Source: an uncultured bacterium (lineage in GTDB: Bacteria > SAR324 > NAC60-12). From it: 64,000 nucleotides of DNA. Shown in pieces: positions 45,721 through 55,587 of the stretch. The translations under genes and the position numbers were made by a program. The DNA lies in the NCBI GenBank assembly GCA_965662845.1, contig CBFIJD010000004.1, positions 10,670 through 74,669 on the forward strand. The letters run 5' to 3'. Position 1 is the stretch's first letter, and every line of letters begins with the position of its first letter. Below the pieces are notes generated by a model that had not been told where the DNA came from, ran no database searches, and was given only the letters and a program-made list of their open reading frames with translations.

Positions 45721-46396
45721 GTGAGGCTAGCAACTGGAACTGCAACCGTTTGAGAAATTGCAGGGCAAGCCCTTCCATTTCTTCAGAGTTCGCACGACTC
45801 AAAGCCCGGAACACGTTGTATCCCAGCGCAGCAGGAATCGCGGCGAACAAGCCGGCTCCTGTGGCGACAAGGGCTTCCGAGATGCCGGGCCCAACCACGG
45901 TCAATTCCACAGACTGAAGGTTCGCGATGCTTTGGAAGGTGTTGATGATGCCAATCACGGTCCCAAACAAGCCGATGAATGGGGCCGTCACAGAGATCGT
46001 GGCCAACGTCGTTTGCCCCGCTTGCAGCTTGCGCTCTTCTTGGAGGATGCCGGCCTCAAACGCGCGCTCCAGCAGCTCCAGCAGCTCTTGTCGGTGTTCG
46101 GAGGGGTTGTCGCGATACAGTTTCAAATATTGTTCAATTTCTTGATCCCCAATTACCATCAGCCGCTGTAGCGGGCCTTCTGGCAGCTCCTCTAGCTTGC
46201 TGCGAAAACGCCCCAGAGTCGGTTCGTTGTGGAAGAACTCGCGCAGGGTCGCGTTCGCCGAACGAAAGTTGCGAAAGCGTACCCATTGGCGCAGCAGGAT
46301 CGCCCAAACGGCGAGGGAGCATCCAAGCAAAACCAGCAGCACAAGGACCGCGAACGGCCCCGATTGCAAAACTGATGAAAATAAGGAATTGACCAT
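45704..46396 (-). CDS. tolQ: TolQ/ExbB family protein
   Basis: APFIGLFGTVIGI and VGPGISEALVATGAGLFAAIPA. Confidence 0.88.
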   Translation of the reverse strand: MVNSLFSSVLQSGPFAVLVLLVLLGCSLAVWAILLRQWVRFRNFRSANATLREFFHNEPTLGRFRSKLEELPEGPLQRLMVIGDQEIEQYLKLYRDNPSEHRQELLELLERAFEAGILQEERKLQAGQTTLATISVTAPFIGLFGTVIGIINTFQSIANLQSVELTVVGPGISEALVATGAGLFAAIPAALGYNVFRALSRANSEEMEGLALQFLKRLQFQLLASHEKNA

Positions 46397-46407
46397 TGGG
46401 AAGGGAA

Positions 46408-47229
46408 TCAGGGGCGCAAGAGGAAGGTGAACATTACGCGACGATTTTCGCTCCAAGCGCGCTCAGACGACTGGGGGACCGCGGGATACTCTTCGCCAAA
46501 GCTGACCGTCTGTAAGGTGGTTGGATCGGTGACATACACTTTGAGGAGGTCGCGCACTGCGTTGGCTCGGTGGTGCCCTAGCACCAAATTGTATTCTTCG
46601 TTGCCTCGCTCGTCGGCGTGCCCTTCAATTTGCAAGATCATGTCGCCACGGCGCTCTAGCTCGCGCAACACCGACCGAGCCGACTGAATCAGCTGTTCTT
46701 GATACTGTGAGCGAACTTCACTCTTATCGAACTCGAAGTACACGCGCGGCAAGAGCAAGTCGGCGCGCTCGTCTCGAATGGGCGGGATCCCCAAGCGCTG
46801 ATATTCTTGGAGTTGTTCATAAATCGCGGCGATCAACTCGCGCTGCTCCTCTTCGTTCATTGTTGAGAACGAGTTCAAGTCTGGCCCTGCGCTGCGGTTC
46901 AGGAACTGTGGTAGCAAAGCCGCCGTCTCGGGCTCACGAACCGTCTCTTCCTCCTCAACACGCTCGCGCTGCTTCGCTTCCAGTTGACGCATCAGGTTCT
47001 CCCGCTCTAGTTGGCGGCGACGATATTCTTCGTCCACGTCAGGTTCCGTGTCTTCGCTTGCGCTAGCGGTTTGCAGTTCACGGGGTGTGCTGGGCACCGA
47101 GGGTTCTGTCTCCGCGGCAGTCTCTGTGCTCTCTTCCGGAGGTTGAGGAGGGAAAAAGTAGTCGGTACATCCTCCAAGCAAAACAAGACTGCTACCAAGT
47201 AGAAGGGGCCAGATTCGATGCATTTGCAA
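46408..47229 (-). CDS. pal: Pal-like OmpA-domain lipoprotein with extended N-terminus
   Basis: LGGC lipobox; VYFEFDKS, IEGHADERG..YN..LG..RA, VSFGEE and ENRRV. Confidence 0.8.
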   Translation of the reverse strand: MQMHRIWPLLLGSSLVLLGGCTDYFFPPQPPEESTETAAETEPSVPSTPRELQTASASEDTEPDVDEEYRRRQLERENLMRQLEAKQRERVEEEETVREPETAALLPQFLNRSAGPDLNSFSTMNEEEQRELIAAIYEQLQEYQRLGIPPIRDERADLLLPRVYFEFDKSEVRSQYQEQLIQSARSVLRELERRGDMILQIEGHADERGNEEYNLVLGHHRANAVRDLLKVYVTDPTTLQTVSFGEEYPAVPQSSERAWSENRRVMFTFLLRP

Positions 47230-47585
47230 AACAGTTTTTGAGGTTGGGCGGATGGCCTAAACGATTCCAATCAACTTGGCCGGTTCGACAATATTTATGT
47301 TTGAGAAGTTCATGCACGTCTTGCACCTAGCGTCCCAAACGAGCTTGAGCGTCCATAGCCATAACGACTTTGTGACAAAGATGCGAGGAAGAATTTCTGA
47401 CATCCACCTGAAAATTAGCTATTAAATTTACGAAAAACTACGCATACTCCGCGACTTACTGCGAAGCGCTTCTTGCGTAAGGTGCTTAGGAACCAGAGAA
47501 TCCGAAGCCGCTGAGAAGCACTTTCACAGGATTTGCAAACCTTGTCGTTCATCCCCTATTTCCTCAATTCAGGCAGAAGAAAGTT

Positions 47586-48917
47586 ATGCTCACGGACGAA
47601 GAACGTAATCAACTTCGGGAACTACCTGAGGTTAAAGAACCCCTGCGCATCTTTGAGTTGTTACGCTTAGATATTGAGAAGCTGCGCGTGCAGTTACGAG
47701 CGCACGAGAAGGCGACGCCGACTTCAAAAATGTTGCGACAAGTGGGCCGCCGCTCTTCGGCCAATATTGATCCCAATCGGCACAAAATCTTAGAGATCTC
47801 TGGCGCGCGCTTGGCGGCGAATTGTTCTGTGCAAAATGCCAAGCGGCTCTCCGACTCGCTTGCTGGCGATCCCACCAATTCCAGAGCGCGTGTGGAGCTG
47901 GTGGACGAGTTCCTGCGCAAAGGCACTGATGAGACCCTCCTCTCGCACCGAGATGCGTTTATACTGATCATGCTAGAGGTTGAGGCAAAGCAGGTTAACA
48001 CCGAGAAGCTGCAAGTCGCGATGCGGGCGCAGAAAGCCTATTTTGGCAAGCTGGAAGAATTTCTGGACGAGGAATTTCAGATCCAATCTCACAGCGAAGA
48101 GTCGGGGGCTGCCGCAAATCTTGCCCAACTGACGCGCAACCTGCGGTTCATCAAGGAAATGAGCAAAACGCTCCCTTACCAAACGTTCAGCTCCAAAGAG
48201 GGCGTAGAGATGAACCCCGATTCTTTGATGAAGATGGGGCGAGGAGAAATTGAAAAGGTGTTATCTCCGATCTTGGATGGCATGTCCGCGCTGCCTCTTG
48301 CCAAAACGAATCGCGACCTGCTGCTCGAAGTTTTAGAAAAGACGGCGAAAATTTCTCCCTTAGCCGGCTATCACAAAAGCCGCATTTTTCGACGCAATGC
48401 CCAGATCAAACTCATCGCAGCCATGTCCGGTGACAAAGATATGGCTCGCCCCGCCATGGAAGACCTGTCAAACGCCCTCAAATCGATCTCCCAGGCGCTC
48501 CCCATGATGAAAAAGGCCACCCGCAAAGATCTTGGGTCCTGCATCAAAGAATATGCTTTGATCTGCTTGATGGTCTATCAATACGTCCCTCGGCTTGGGG
48601 GAACGATCAATGCCGACCATGTCAAACGCATGGAGCACGCATCGAAGTTATTGAACAGAATCATTGAAGAGCGAGGGATTTTAGGGCTGCAACGCCGGCT
48701 GGATTCGGGCATCAACTACATGCGCACCGAGAAGAAGGCGCCGGTCGACAGAGGCCGGAAAACAAAAGCAGAGCGCGAGGAAGAAAAAGATCAGCCAACG
48801 CTATTCCGTGGCGGCGTCCCCAAAGACAAGATGATCAACTCAGATGAAGAGGTCGATCTCAGCAAAGAGTCGACGATTTTCCGAGGAGAGCTGCCAGAAG
48901 ATGGGGAGTTGGGTTAA
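47586..48917 (+). CDS. Hypothetical alpha-helical protein
   Basis: 443-aa ORF with no recognised motif. The charged tail repeats a T(L/I)FRG element twice. Confidence 0.75.
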   Translation: MLTDEERNQLRELPEVKEPLRIFELLRLDIEKLRVQLRAHEKATPTSKMLRQVGRRSSANIDPNRHKILEISGARLAANCSVQNAKRLSDSLAGDPTNSRARVELVDEFLRKGTDETLLSHRDAFILIMLEVEAKQVNTEKLQVAMRAQKAYFGKLEEFLDEEFQIQSHSEESGAAANLAQLTRNLRFIKEMSKTLPYQTFSSKEGVEMNPDSLMKMGRGEIEKVLSPILDGMSALPLAKTNRDLLLEVLEKTAKISPLAGYHKSRIFRRNAQIKLIAAMSGDKDMARPAMEDLSNALKSISQALPMMKKATRKDLGSCIKEYALICLMVYQYVPRLGGTINADHVKRMEHASKLLNRIIEERGILGLQRRLDSGINYMRTEKKAPVDRGRKTKAEREEEKDQPTLFRGGVPKDKMINSDEEVDLSKESTIFRGELPEDGELG

Positions 48918-48952
48918 GGGGCTGAGTTGTTCAGAGGCAGGCGGAGGGCGAC

Positions 48953-48978
48953 GGAGCCAAGAGAATGGCTCCTTGTCT
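48953..48978 (+). terminator. Possible hairpin terminator between convergent genes
   Basis: GGAGCCA-6 nt-TGGCTCC followed by a weak T tract. Confidence 0.3.
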
Positions 48979-48997
48979 CAACTGTGCGACAGCGGGT

Positions 48998-49378
48998 TCA
49001 TGGGAAAATTTTTGCCATCTTCTCGCTGAGGGTCTTCGCGTCGAAGGGCTTCACGACATAATTGTTCACGCCTGCTTTAGCGGCCGCGACAATATTTTCT
49101 TGAAGAGCTTCGGCGGTCACCATCAGCACAGGCAAATGCTTCAGGTCGGGATCCGCGCGGATGGTCTTCAGTAACTCTAGCCCTGTCATCTTCGGCATGT
49201 TCCAGTCTGTAATTACAAAGTCCACTTGTTCTGACTTCAACTTCTCAAGGGCGGTGGTTCCGTCGTCCGCTTCAATAGTGTTGGTGAATCCCAACTGACG
49301 CAGGATGTTCTTTACGATGCGGCGCATGGTCGAGAAATCGTCGACGACCAAAATGGACATATTCGGATCTGCGGGCAT
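48998..49378 (-). CDS. cheY: Chemotaxis response regulator CheY
   Basis: [27 protein letters not shown] and VVKPF. Confidence 0.95.
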   Translation of the reverse strand: MPADPNMSILVVDDFSTMRRIVKNILRQLGFTNTIEADDGTTALEKLKSEQVDFVITDWNMPKMTGLELLKTIRADPDLKHLPVLMVTAEALQENIVAAAKAGVNNYVVKPFDAKTLSEKMAKIFP

Positions 49379-49506
49379 AGCGGGATTCCTCTTTCTAGTG
49401 GGGTTATGAGTTGGTCAGAGTTGCCAAATAATGGGCGATAGGGTTAGCGAAAGGCTTCCTGCTTTGCAAGCCGAATTTCCCGCCGCTGAAAGCGTGAATT
49501 GCACTC

Positions 49507-49818
49507 TTAGCGTAGCATTGGAGACGATGTTCCTGTTCGTATGCCGCCCTCAAAAATCCGCTGTTTAGGGCGCTCCAGCGATTCCTGATGCATTCTGTAT
49601 CTTGGCACTTCTGGGTCTTCTGGGTTTTGCGCTGCTCGATTCAGGGCCGCATAGTCCAGATTGGGCATCGCAGGCGGTGGAAGCTGGCTCGCTTGCAGGG
49701 CTAAGCTACGAGCGATTCGCCCCACATCCACAGATTGTCTCGCTTCGGGGGCTTGTTGCGCAAAGCTCGTTGCTGGCAATAAAACAACACAAACGCAGAA
49801 CCATAGATTGCGCCACAT
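49507..49818 (-). CDS. Exported hypothetical protein
   Basis: Signal peptide ending SFA-QQ. Confidence 0.6.
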   Translation of the reverse strand: MWRNLWFCVCVVLLPATSFAQQAPEARQSVDVGRIARSLALQASQLPPPAMPNLDYAALNRAAQNPEDPEVPRYRMHQESLERPKQRIFEGGIRTGTSSPMLR

Positions 49819-49863
49819 ACTTGTACCTCTAATTCAGGTGGTAAATGTCGCATCCGTGCGTTT

Positions 49864-50103
49864 TCAATACTCCATGTCACGTTTCATCCTTACTCGCGGG
49901 TTAGGCGGAGTCCGCGGGGGCAGCTGCCGATCACACAGAGCGTGGTCATTATAGTTGACCACCCTTCGCAGAGGAGGCCCGTCGGCCTCATAAATGCAGC
50001 TGTCACCTTGCCCCTGCCATTGCAGAGAGCTACATGCCCCCACCAGCACACACCCTGCGAGGACGGCTGTCAACCACGTTGACCTTCGCCGTTGTATTTT
50101 CAT
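49864..50103 (-). CDS. Small hypothetical lipoprotein
   Basis: MKIQRRR, hydrophobic core and VGAC lipobox. Start uncertain. Confidence 0.6.
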   Translation of the reverse strand: MKIQRRRSTWLTAVLAGCVLVGACSSLQWQGQGDSCIYEADGPPLRRVVNYNDHALCDRQLPPRTPPNPRVRMKRDMEY

Positions 50104-50128
50104 TTCAGCACCATTTTGGAAACTAGTC

Positions 50129-50785
50129 TTGTCTGTCAATCTTCACATTACTCTCAAGGCGGCCTGCACACTTGACGGCAAGCTCGCGACCCGAACCGGA
50201 CACTCCCGTTGGATCACAGGGCCCATCGCCCGTTCGATGGTACATCGTTTGCGTGATGAACATGACGCGATTTTGGTCGGGATCAACACCATCTTGAAAG
50301 ATGACCCAGAACTCACTACCCGTGGGATCCCCAATGGCCGATCCCCAACCCGCGTCATTCTTGACAGCCGAGGAAGACTCCCTGCACAAGCAAAATGCTT
50401 GCGAGAGGACGCTGTCCCTGTCTTTTGGTTTGTCGGGAACGAGGCAGCCCTGGAATTTCAGCCCCCTACCACCGTCGAGCGCATCGTAGCTCCCAGCCCC
50501 ATACCTGAAATCCCTTGGATCTTGGCACAGCTGGAGCAACGGGGAGTCCAATCTTTGCTGGTCGAGGGAGGTAGCAACGTTCATGCTAGTTTCTTGAGAC
50601 ACGCGCAAATCGATCGTCTCCTACTGTTCATTGCGCCCAAAATCTTAGGCAGCGAAGGCATCTCTTGGTGCGGTCCCCTCGGTCTAGACAACCTAGAGGA
50701 AGCCTCTCGCTGGCGCATCCGCGCCTCTCGTAACCTCGGTGAAGATATATTGATCGAAGCCGACTTTCTAGGACATCCCTCATGA
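50129..50785 (+). CDS. ribD: RibD C-terminal reductase domain protein (no deaminase domain)
   Basis: KAACTLDGK, SRWIT, DAILVG..DDP.LT and LLVEGG. Overlaps the ribBA start. TTG start inferred. Confidence 0.85.
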   Translation: MSVNLHITLKAACTLDGKLATRTGHSRWITGPIARSMVHRLRDEHDAILVGINTILKDDPELTTRGIPNGRSPTRVILDSRGRLPAQAKCLREDAVPVFWFVGNEAALEFQPPTTVERIVAPSPIPEIPWILAQLEQRGVQSLLVEGGSNVHASFLRHAQIDRLLLFIAPKILGSEGISWCGPLGLDNLEEASRWRIRASRNLGEDILIEADFLGHPS

Positions 50786-52020
50786 GTGATTCCGCACTCC
50801 GATTTGATCCCATTGAAGATGCTATCGCGGACATCAAAGCCGGGAAAATGATCATTTTAGTGGACGATGATGATCGGGAAAATGAAGGCGACCTCGTGTG
50901 CGCCGCCGAAAAAGTTACGCCCGAGATTGTGAACTTCATGGCGACCCACGCGCGCGGCTTGATCTGCCTCGCACTAGACTCCAAACGCACAGAGCAGCTG
51001 AACCTCCCGTTGATGGTCGCTCACAACGAAACTGAGCACGGCACCAACTTCACCGTGAGCATTGAGGCCGCCACAGGGGTGACGACAGGGATCTCGGCGG
51101 CAGACCGAGCCCACACGATCCTGACGGCAATGCAGCCCAGCGCAAGCTCAAATGATCTCGTTCGACCCGGACATATTTTCCCTTTGAGGGCCAACGAAGG
51201 GGGGGTCTTGAAGCGCGCAGGACACACCGAAGGCGCCGTGGATCTGTCTCGACTTGCAGGTTGCCGACCTGGAGGCGTGATCTGCGAGATCATGAACCCT
51301 GACGGGACCATGGCCCGCTATCCTGAGCTGCGAGAGTTTGCCGACCTGCATGGAATGAGGCTGAGTACCATCGCAGACTTAATCGAATATCGCAAACAGC
51401 ATGAGTCTTTCGTGTCCGTTCACGCAGAAGCCACCATGCCGACGGAGTTTGGCTCCTTCAACATTTTCGTGTTTCACAACGAACTCGACGCGAAAGACTA
51501 CGTGGCCCTCGTGAAGGGCCAATGGCGCGTTGAGGAGCCGGTGTTAGTCAGAGTGCATTCCCAGTGCTTGACCGGCGATGTTTTTGGATCGCAACGCTGT
51601 GATTGTGGCCCTCAATTACAAGCCGCAATGCGCCTAGTAGAAGCCGAAGGACGCGGCGTCATCTTATACCTTCCTCAAGAGGGTCGCGGGATTGGTTTGC
51701 TGAATAAAATCAAGGCTTACCGGCTGCAAGAAGAAGGCATGGACACGGTGGAAGCGAACCATCATCTGGGGTTCAAAGATGATTTGCGAGATTATGGAAT
51801 CGGCGCCCAAATGTTGCATCAGCTGGGCGTGCGCAAAATGCGGCTGATGACTAACAACCCCCGCAAAATCGTGGGCATCGAAGGGCATGGTCTGGAGGTT
51901 GTGGAGCGGGTTTCCCTCGAGACAGAAAACCATGATCATAACACCGACTACCTCCGCACCAAGCAAGAAAAGCTCGGACATTTGCTGTCGTCCCCACCTT
52001 CTAGCACCAAAACACCATGA
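50782..52020 (+). CDS. ribBA: Bifunctional DHBP synthase / GTP cyclohydrolase II
   Basis: [33 protein letters not shown] and QEGRGIGL. Confidence 0.97.
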   Translation: MSDSALRFDPIEDAIADIKAGKMIILVDDDDRENEGDLVCAAEKVTPEIVNFMATHARGLICLALDSKRTEQLNLPLMVAHNETEHGTNFTVSIEAATGVTTGISAADRAHTILTAMQPSASSNDLVRPGHIFPLRANEGGVLKRAGHTEGAVDLSRLAGCRPGGVICEIMNPDGTMARYPELREFADLHGMRLSTIADLIEYRKQHESFVSVHAEATMPTEFGSFNIFVFHNELDAKDYVALVKGQWRVEEPVLVRVHSQCLTGDVFGSQRCDCGPQLQAAMRLVEAEGRGVILYLPQEGRGIGLLNKIKAYRLQEEGMDTVEANHHLGFKDDLRDYGIGAQMLHQLGVRKMRLMTNNPRKIVGIEGHGLEVVERVSLETENHDHNTDYLRTKQEKLGHLLSSPPSSTKTP

Positions 52021-52673
52021 AAACTCTGGGGCTCTGGGCGTGTGTTGTCGCCGGGGTTTCTCTCCTGCAGGGATGCTCCACTAGGGGAGAGTGGAAACTT
52101 TATCCGATGTACCAAACTGTGCCAGAGACGCCGCTCGCGTGGCAACAAACCATCGCGACTAGCTTTCAGCGTGGCCGGCTGTATCTCAACTACGACACCA
52201 AGCTGACCGCAGATGCCCTGTTTCGCAGTGAAAGCTACCGTCAGCAGCTGGTCGATGAAATCGCCAGCGCTCGTCAACTTTCACCTGAAAACACAGCCGA
52301 CTTCACGCTCCAACAGAAGCAGGCCTTCGCAAATCGCTTCGAGTTTCTGCTCTTTGTCTATGGCGGCGACAACGACAAAATCAGCATCGGAGAACGCGAC
52401 TCACTGTGGCAAATTCGTATGCTTGACGACGATGGAGACCGGATTGCCCCCGTGGAAGTCCGCCGCATCAAACGCACGAACCCCGAGATTGAACTCCTCA
52501 AAAAACACCTGAGGGACGTCGATCGTTGGGTGGAAGTCTATGAGGTGGTGTTCCCCAAACTCAACAAACCCGCCGTCGGTGTCCCCATAGGAACCACCCT
52601 GCCCCAACTCATTATCAGCGGTGTTCAGGGGCGAGTGGAGCTGAGTTGGCCTGAACCAACCCTCTTTTATTGA
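52017..52673 (+). CDS. Hypothetical lipoprotein
   Basis: LQGC lipobox; ATGA coupling to ribBA. Confidence 0.75.
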   Translation: MKTLGLWACVVAGVSLLQGCSTRGEWKLYPMYQTVPETPLAWQQTIATSFQRGRLYLNYDTKLTADALFRSESYRQQLVDEIASARQLSPENTADFTLQQKQAFANRFEFLLFVYGGDNDKISIGERDSLWQIRMLDDDGDRIAPVEVRRIKRTNPEIELLKKHLRDVDRWVEVYEVVFPKLNKPAVGVPIGTTLPQLIISGVQGRVELSWPEPTLFY

Positions 52674-53386
52674 TCCCCCCCCGGTTTCCCCCTGCCTCTC
52701 CCCCCTCGAACACAGTTTGTACCTTTTTGAAGATGGATTTCTCTTGACAGAAACCCAACTGCTTCTCCGTTTTTTGACAACTGAAATGGTGTCCTCAAAC
52801 CCCCTCTGCGCCCATGCACTGAAGATTCAACGAAGGACTTTTTTCGGAATTTGCAAGTCTTAGATGAGATGAAATTTGGCTCAGAAAAAATCCAACTAGT
52901 TTCAGCACGTTAGAGCTAACACACTGATTTCAAAAAACAAAAAACAGGTTGCTTTCAAAAATCCATTCCCGTATTCTCCTTGCCCTATCGCATTTCAGAT
53001 CTGAGCGTCGGAGAATTGAGAGGCTCTGGCGCGCGTTCCTCTCTCTAATTTTTCTGCAGGATGCAGATCCACAAATGAGGCACAATGTCTCGATTCCATC
53101 GGACGGAAGCTCGAATACCAGCTTTATTACGAACTTTTTCGAATCTAGCAGGCTGACGTAGCCACTCTTCGCAAGCGAAAGGTGGTCAGGGCGCTCTATT
53201 GCCTAAATCCCCTGCGCTGACTTCCCGATTCTTAACGTTTAACCCAAAGTCCATTGACGGCATTTCCCGATGCGGACCCCTTCGCCCAGGAGGACGGAGA
53301 CCGCAGTCCGTTTGCCCCGCACACTTTCATGGGGGAATGGCGGTGCACTCGGAAAATCCGAATTGGACGTGGATGTTGAGTGAAAG

Positions 53387-54937
53387 ATGGATCTTGACCC
53401 AAACCGTTGGCAACAATGCAAGGCACAGTTGCGGGAACAGCACTTCCCTCAACCGTGTCCGCCATGGCTGGAGCCGCTTCAGCTGACAAAGATCTCTTCA
53501 ACCAAAGTTATCTTTGTCGGCGTCCCCCACCAGATTTATGTCTGTGATATTCGAAACCACCACGAAGAGCTCTTGCGCTCCCTCTTGGAAGAACACTTCC
53601 CTGAGTTTGGCAGCTTCCGCATGCAGCAGTTCGAATATCAAGTTGGCCAAGGAGCTAATCCTGTCCGACCTGTGCAAGAAGAGTTCGGCTTCTTGTCGCC
53701 CGAGCCCGTGGAGGCCGCACCGGCTCTCGAGACGCTCCCAAAGCCACCCGCTGGCGCTCAGCCCTCCACCAAGCGACATACGCCGTCTAAAACGAGCAGC
53801 AAGACCTTGGACACCGTCGTAGTGGGCAACCACAACCAACTGGCTTTTCGGGCCGCAGAGATGATTGTGAGGGCCCCCGGAGAAGCGTATTCTCCTTTTC
53901 TGCTCTATGGAGCGGAAGGATCCGGCAAAACCTACCTGCTTGAGGCGATTGCTGAGGAGCTGCGTCTCTCCTACCCAGACCTCAACATCGTCTTTCTCTC
54001 TGCCGAAGCCTTCCTGAATGAATTCGTGCGCCACATCCGCACCAAGCAAATGCAGAAATTTCGCGAGCAATATCGACAAGTCGACGTCTTCATCATTGAC
54101 GATGTGCAAGCGCTCTCTAGCTCTCCACAATGCCAAACCGAGCTGAAGCACACGCTCAGCACGCTCCGTCAAGAAAACAAACAAATCTTGCTCTCTTGCA
54201 ACCGCTTGCCAAGCCAGATTCCAAGTCTCAACAAAACACTGACCTCCAAAATGGAGTCTGGGCTTTCCCTAGATATTCCAAGTCCAGACGAAGAAACCTG
54301 CAAACGACTCTTGGAGCGCAAAGCACGGCAAACAGGGATTCTGCTCTCTCAGAGCGTGTCCGCATATCTCGCGCGTCACCTGCCGCCCAACATCACCCAA
54401 CTAGAAGCCGCCTTAACTCGCCTAGGAGCCCACTCTTCTCTGATGGGAGAGGCGATCTCGCTGGAGTTGGTGCAACGTTTGTTAGGACAACGCGCCGCTG
54501 TCACAAAGCAGCAACCAGCGCTGCCAGAGGTGGGCTTCTGTGAGGATCAAGGGGAATTGGAGGATCAAATCATTGAGAAGGTCTGCCACGTCTTGCGGGT
54601 CTCTCAAGAAGAACTGCGCTCCGGTCGCCGAGACAGCCGCGTGGTCAAAGCGAGGCAATTTGTCACCTTCCTCCTCAAAGACCTCTGCGGTCTCTCTCTC
54701 TCTCAGATTGGATCTAAGCTGGGGCGGAGCCACTCCACCATCCACCACGCGCTACGCAGCGCTGAGAAAAACCAGCGCCAAGACGAACTCTTTGCTCGCC
54801 AACTCTCCTCCCTACAGCGCGAATTTCAGGCACAACTAGACCTCCCTCCGATCCGCACCCAAGCGCCACCACTCCCGTCCTCCTCTCAAGCAGACGCCGC
54901 ATGGCAGCTTTCTATGCCACTAGGTGGTCAATCATAG
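53387..54937 (+). CDS. DnaA-like protein (divergent)
   Basis: Domain I-like N-terminus (W..C....WLEPL). AAA+ region VVGNHNQLA, YSPFLLYGAEGSGKT and IDDVQ. Domain IV ARQ..SLSQIG..GRSHSTIHHA. Confidence 0.85.
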   Translation: MDLDPNRWQQCKAQLREQHFPQPCPPWLEPLQLTKISSTKVIFVGVPHQIYVCDIRNHHEELLRSLLEEHFPEFGSFRMQQFEYQVGQGANPVRPVQEEFGFLSPEPVEAAPALETLPKPPAGAQPSTKRHTPSKTSSKTLDTVVVGNHNQLAFRAAEMIVRAPGEAYSPFLLYGAEGSGKTYLLEAIAEELRLSYPDLNIVFLSAEAFLNEFVRHIRTKQMQKFREQYRQVDVFIIDDVQALSSSPQCQTELKHTLSTLRQENKQILLSCNRLPSQIPSLNKTLTSKMESGLSLDIPSPDEETCKRLLERKARQTGILLSQSVSAYLARHLPPNITQLEAALTRLGAHSSLMGEAISLELVQRLLGQRAAVTKQQPALPEVGFCEDQGELEDQIIEKVCHVLRVSQEELRSGRRDSRVVKARQFVTFLLKDLCGLSLSQIGSKLGRSHSTIHHALRSAEKNQRQDELFARQLSSLQREFQAQLDLPPIRTQAPPLPSSSQADAAWQLSMPLGGQS

Positions 54938-55161
54938 AGACAGCACTGGCTCAACAAGGTTGGATCACCTCAGAGAGAAGACCGATCGACAGATCAAAGC
55001 CCAGCTGGGAAGACTCGCTTCAGACCGTAGGCGCGCTTGGAGCGGCACATCCCGCAGAAGTTTGGTGAGCGTTTGTTGCGCGAGGAGGGTTCGCTGGAGA
55101 AGAGAGAAGGGAGAGAAACCGAAGAGGGGGAGCAGGCAGGAAGGCCCTGCCTGTCAGAAAA

Positions 55162-55440
55162 TTACTTGCCAGCTTTTGGTACTGCGGCTTCCATAGTGGA
55201 CATCATTTCGTCCAGCATCACCTTCATTTGCTGCATGCTGGCGCGCAATACGTCATACACGTTGCTGACGGCCTGCACCTGCATTTCCTTCATGTCTTTT
55301 GCGTAGCTGCTCATTGGACCAATTTTTTCCATGGCATCGTATGGCATTGCGACCATGTTCTTCTGAACTTCTTCCATGGTTCCCATGCTCTTTTCCATCT
55401 GATCTTGCATCGTGTTGTACATATCTTTGAAAGACGTCAT
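55162..55440 (-). CDS. Small Met-rich helical protein (phasin-like)
   Basis: 92 aa with 18 Met in amphipathic spacing. GGAG upstream of the start. Confidence 0.75.
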   Translation of the reverse strand: MTSFKDMYNTMQDQMEKSMGTMEEVQKNMVAMPYDAMEKIGPMSSYAKDMKEMQVQAVSNVYDVLRASMQQMKVMLDEMMSTMEAAVPKAGK

Positions 55441-55587
55441 TGCTCGACTCCGGATGTGGATTGATTGTGTGCGGTAGATTTTTGGCCTACCAATGAAGAG
55501 AGAGCCGCAAGGCTATCAACTAAAATAAAAATTGCAAATGAAATTACAATTCGCACATATTTCATCTAAACCAACCCAGAGTTGTGA

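Noticed and set aside
52674..53386. oriC upstream of the dnaA-like gene
   Set aside because: I found no TTWTNCACA consensus boxes; the best was a 7/9 match near 53066.
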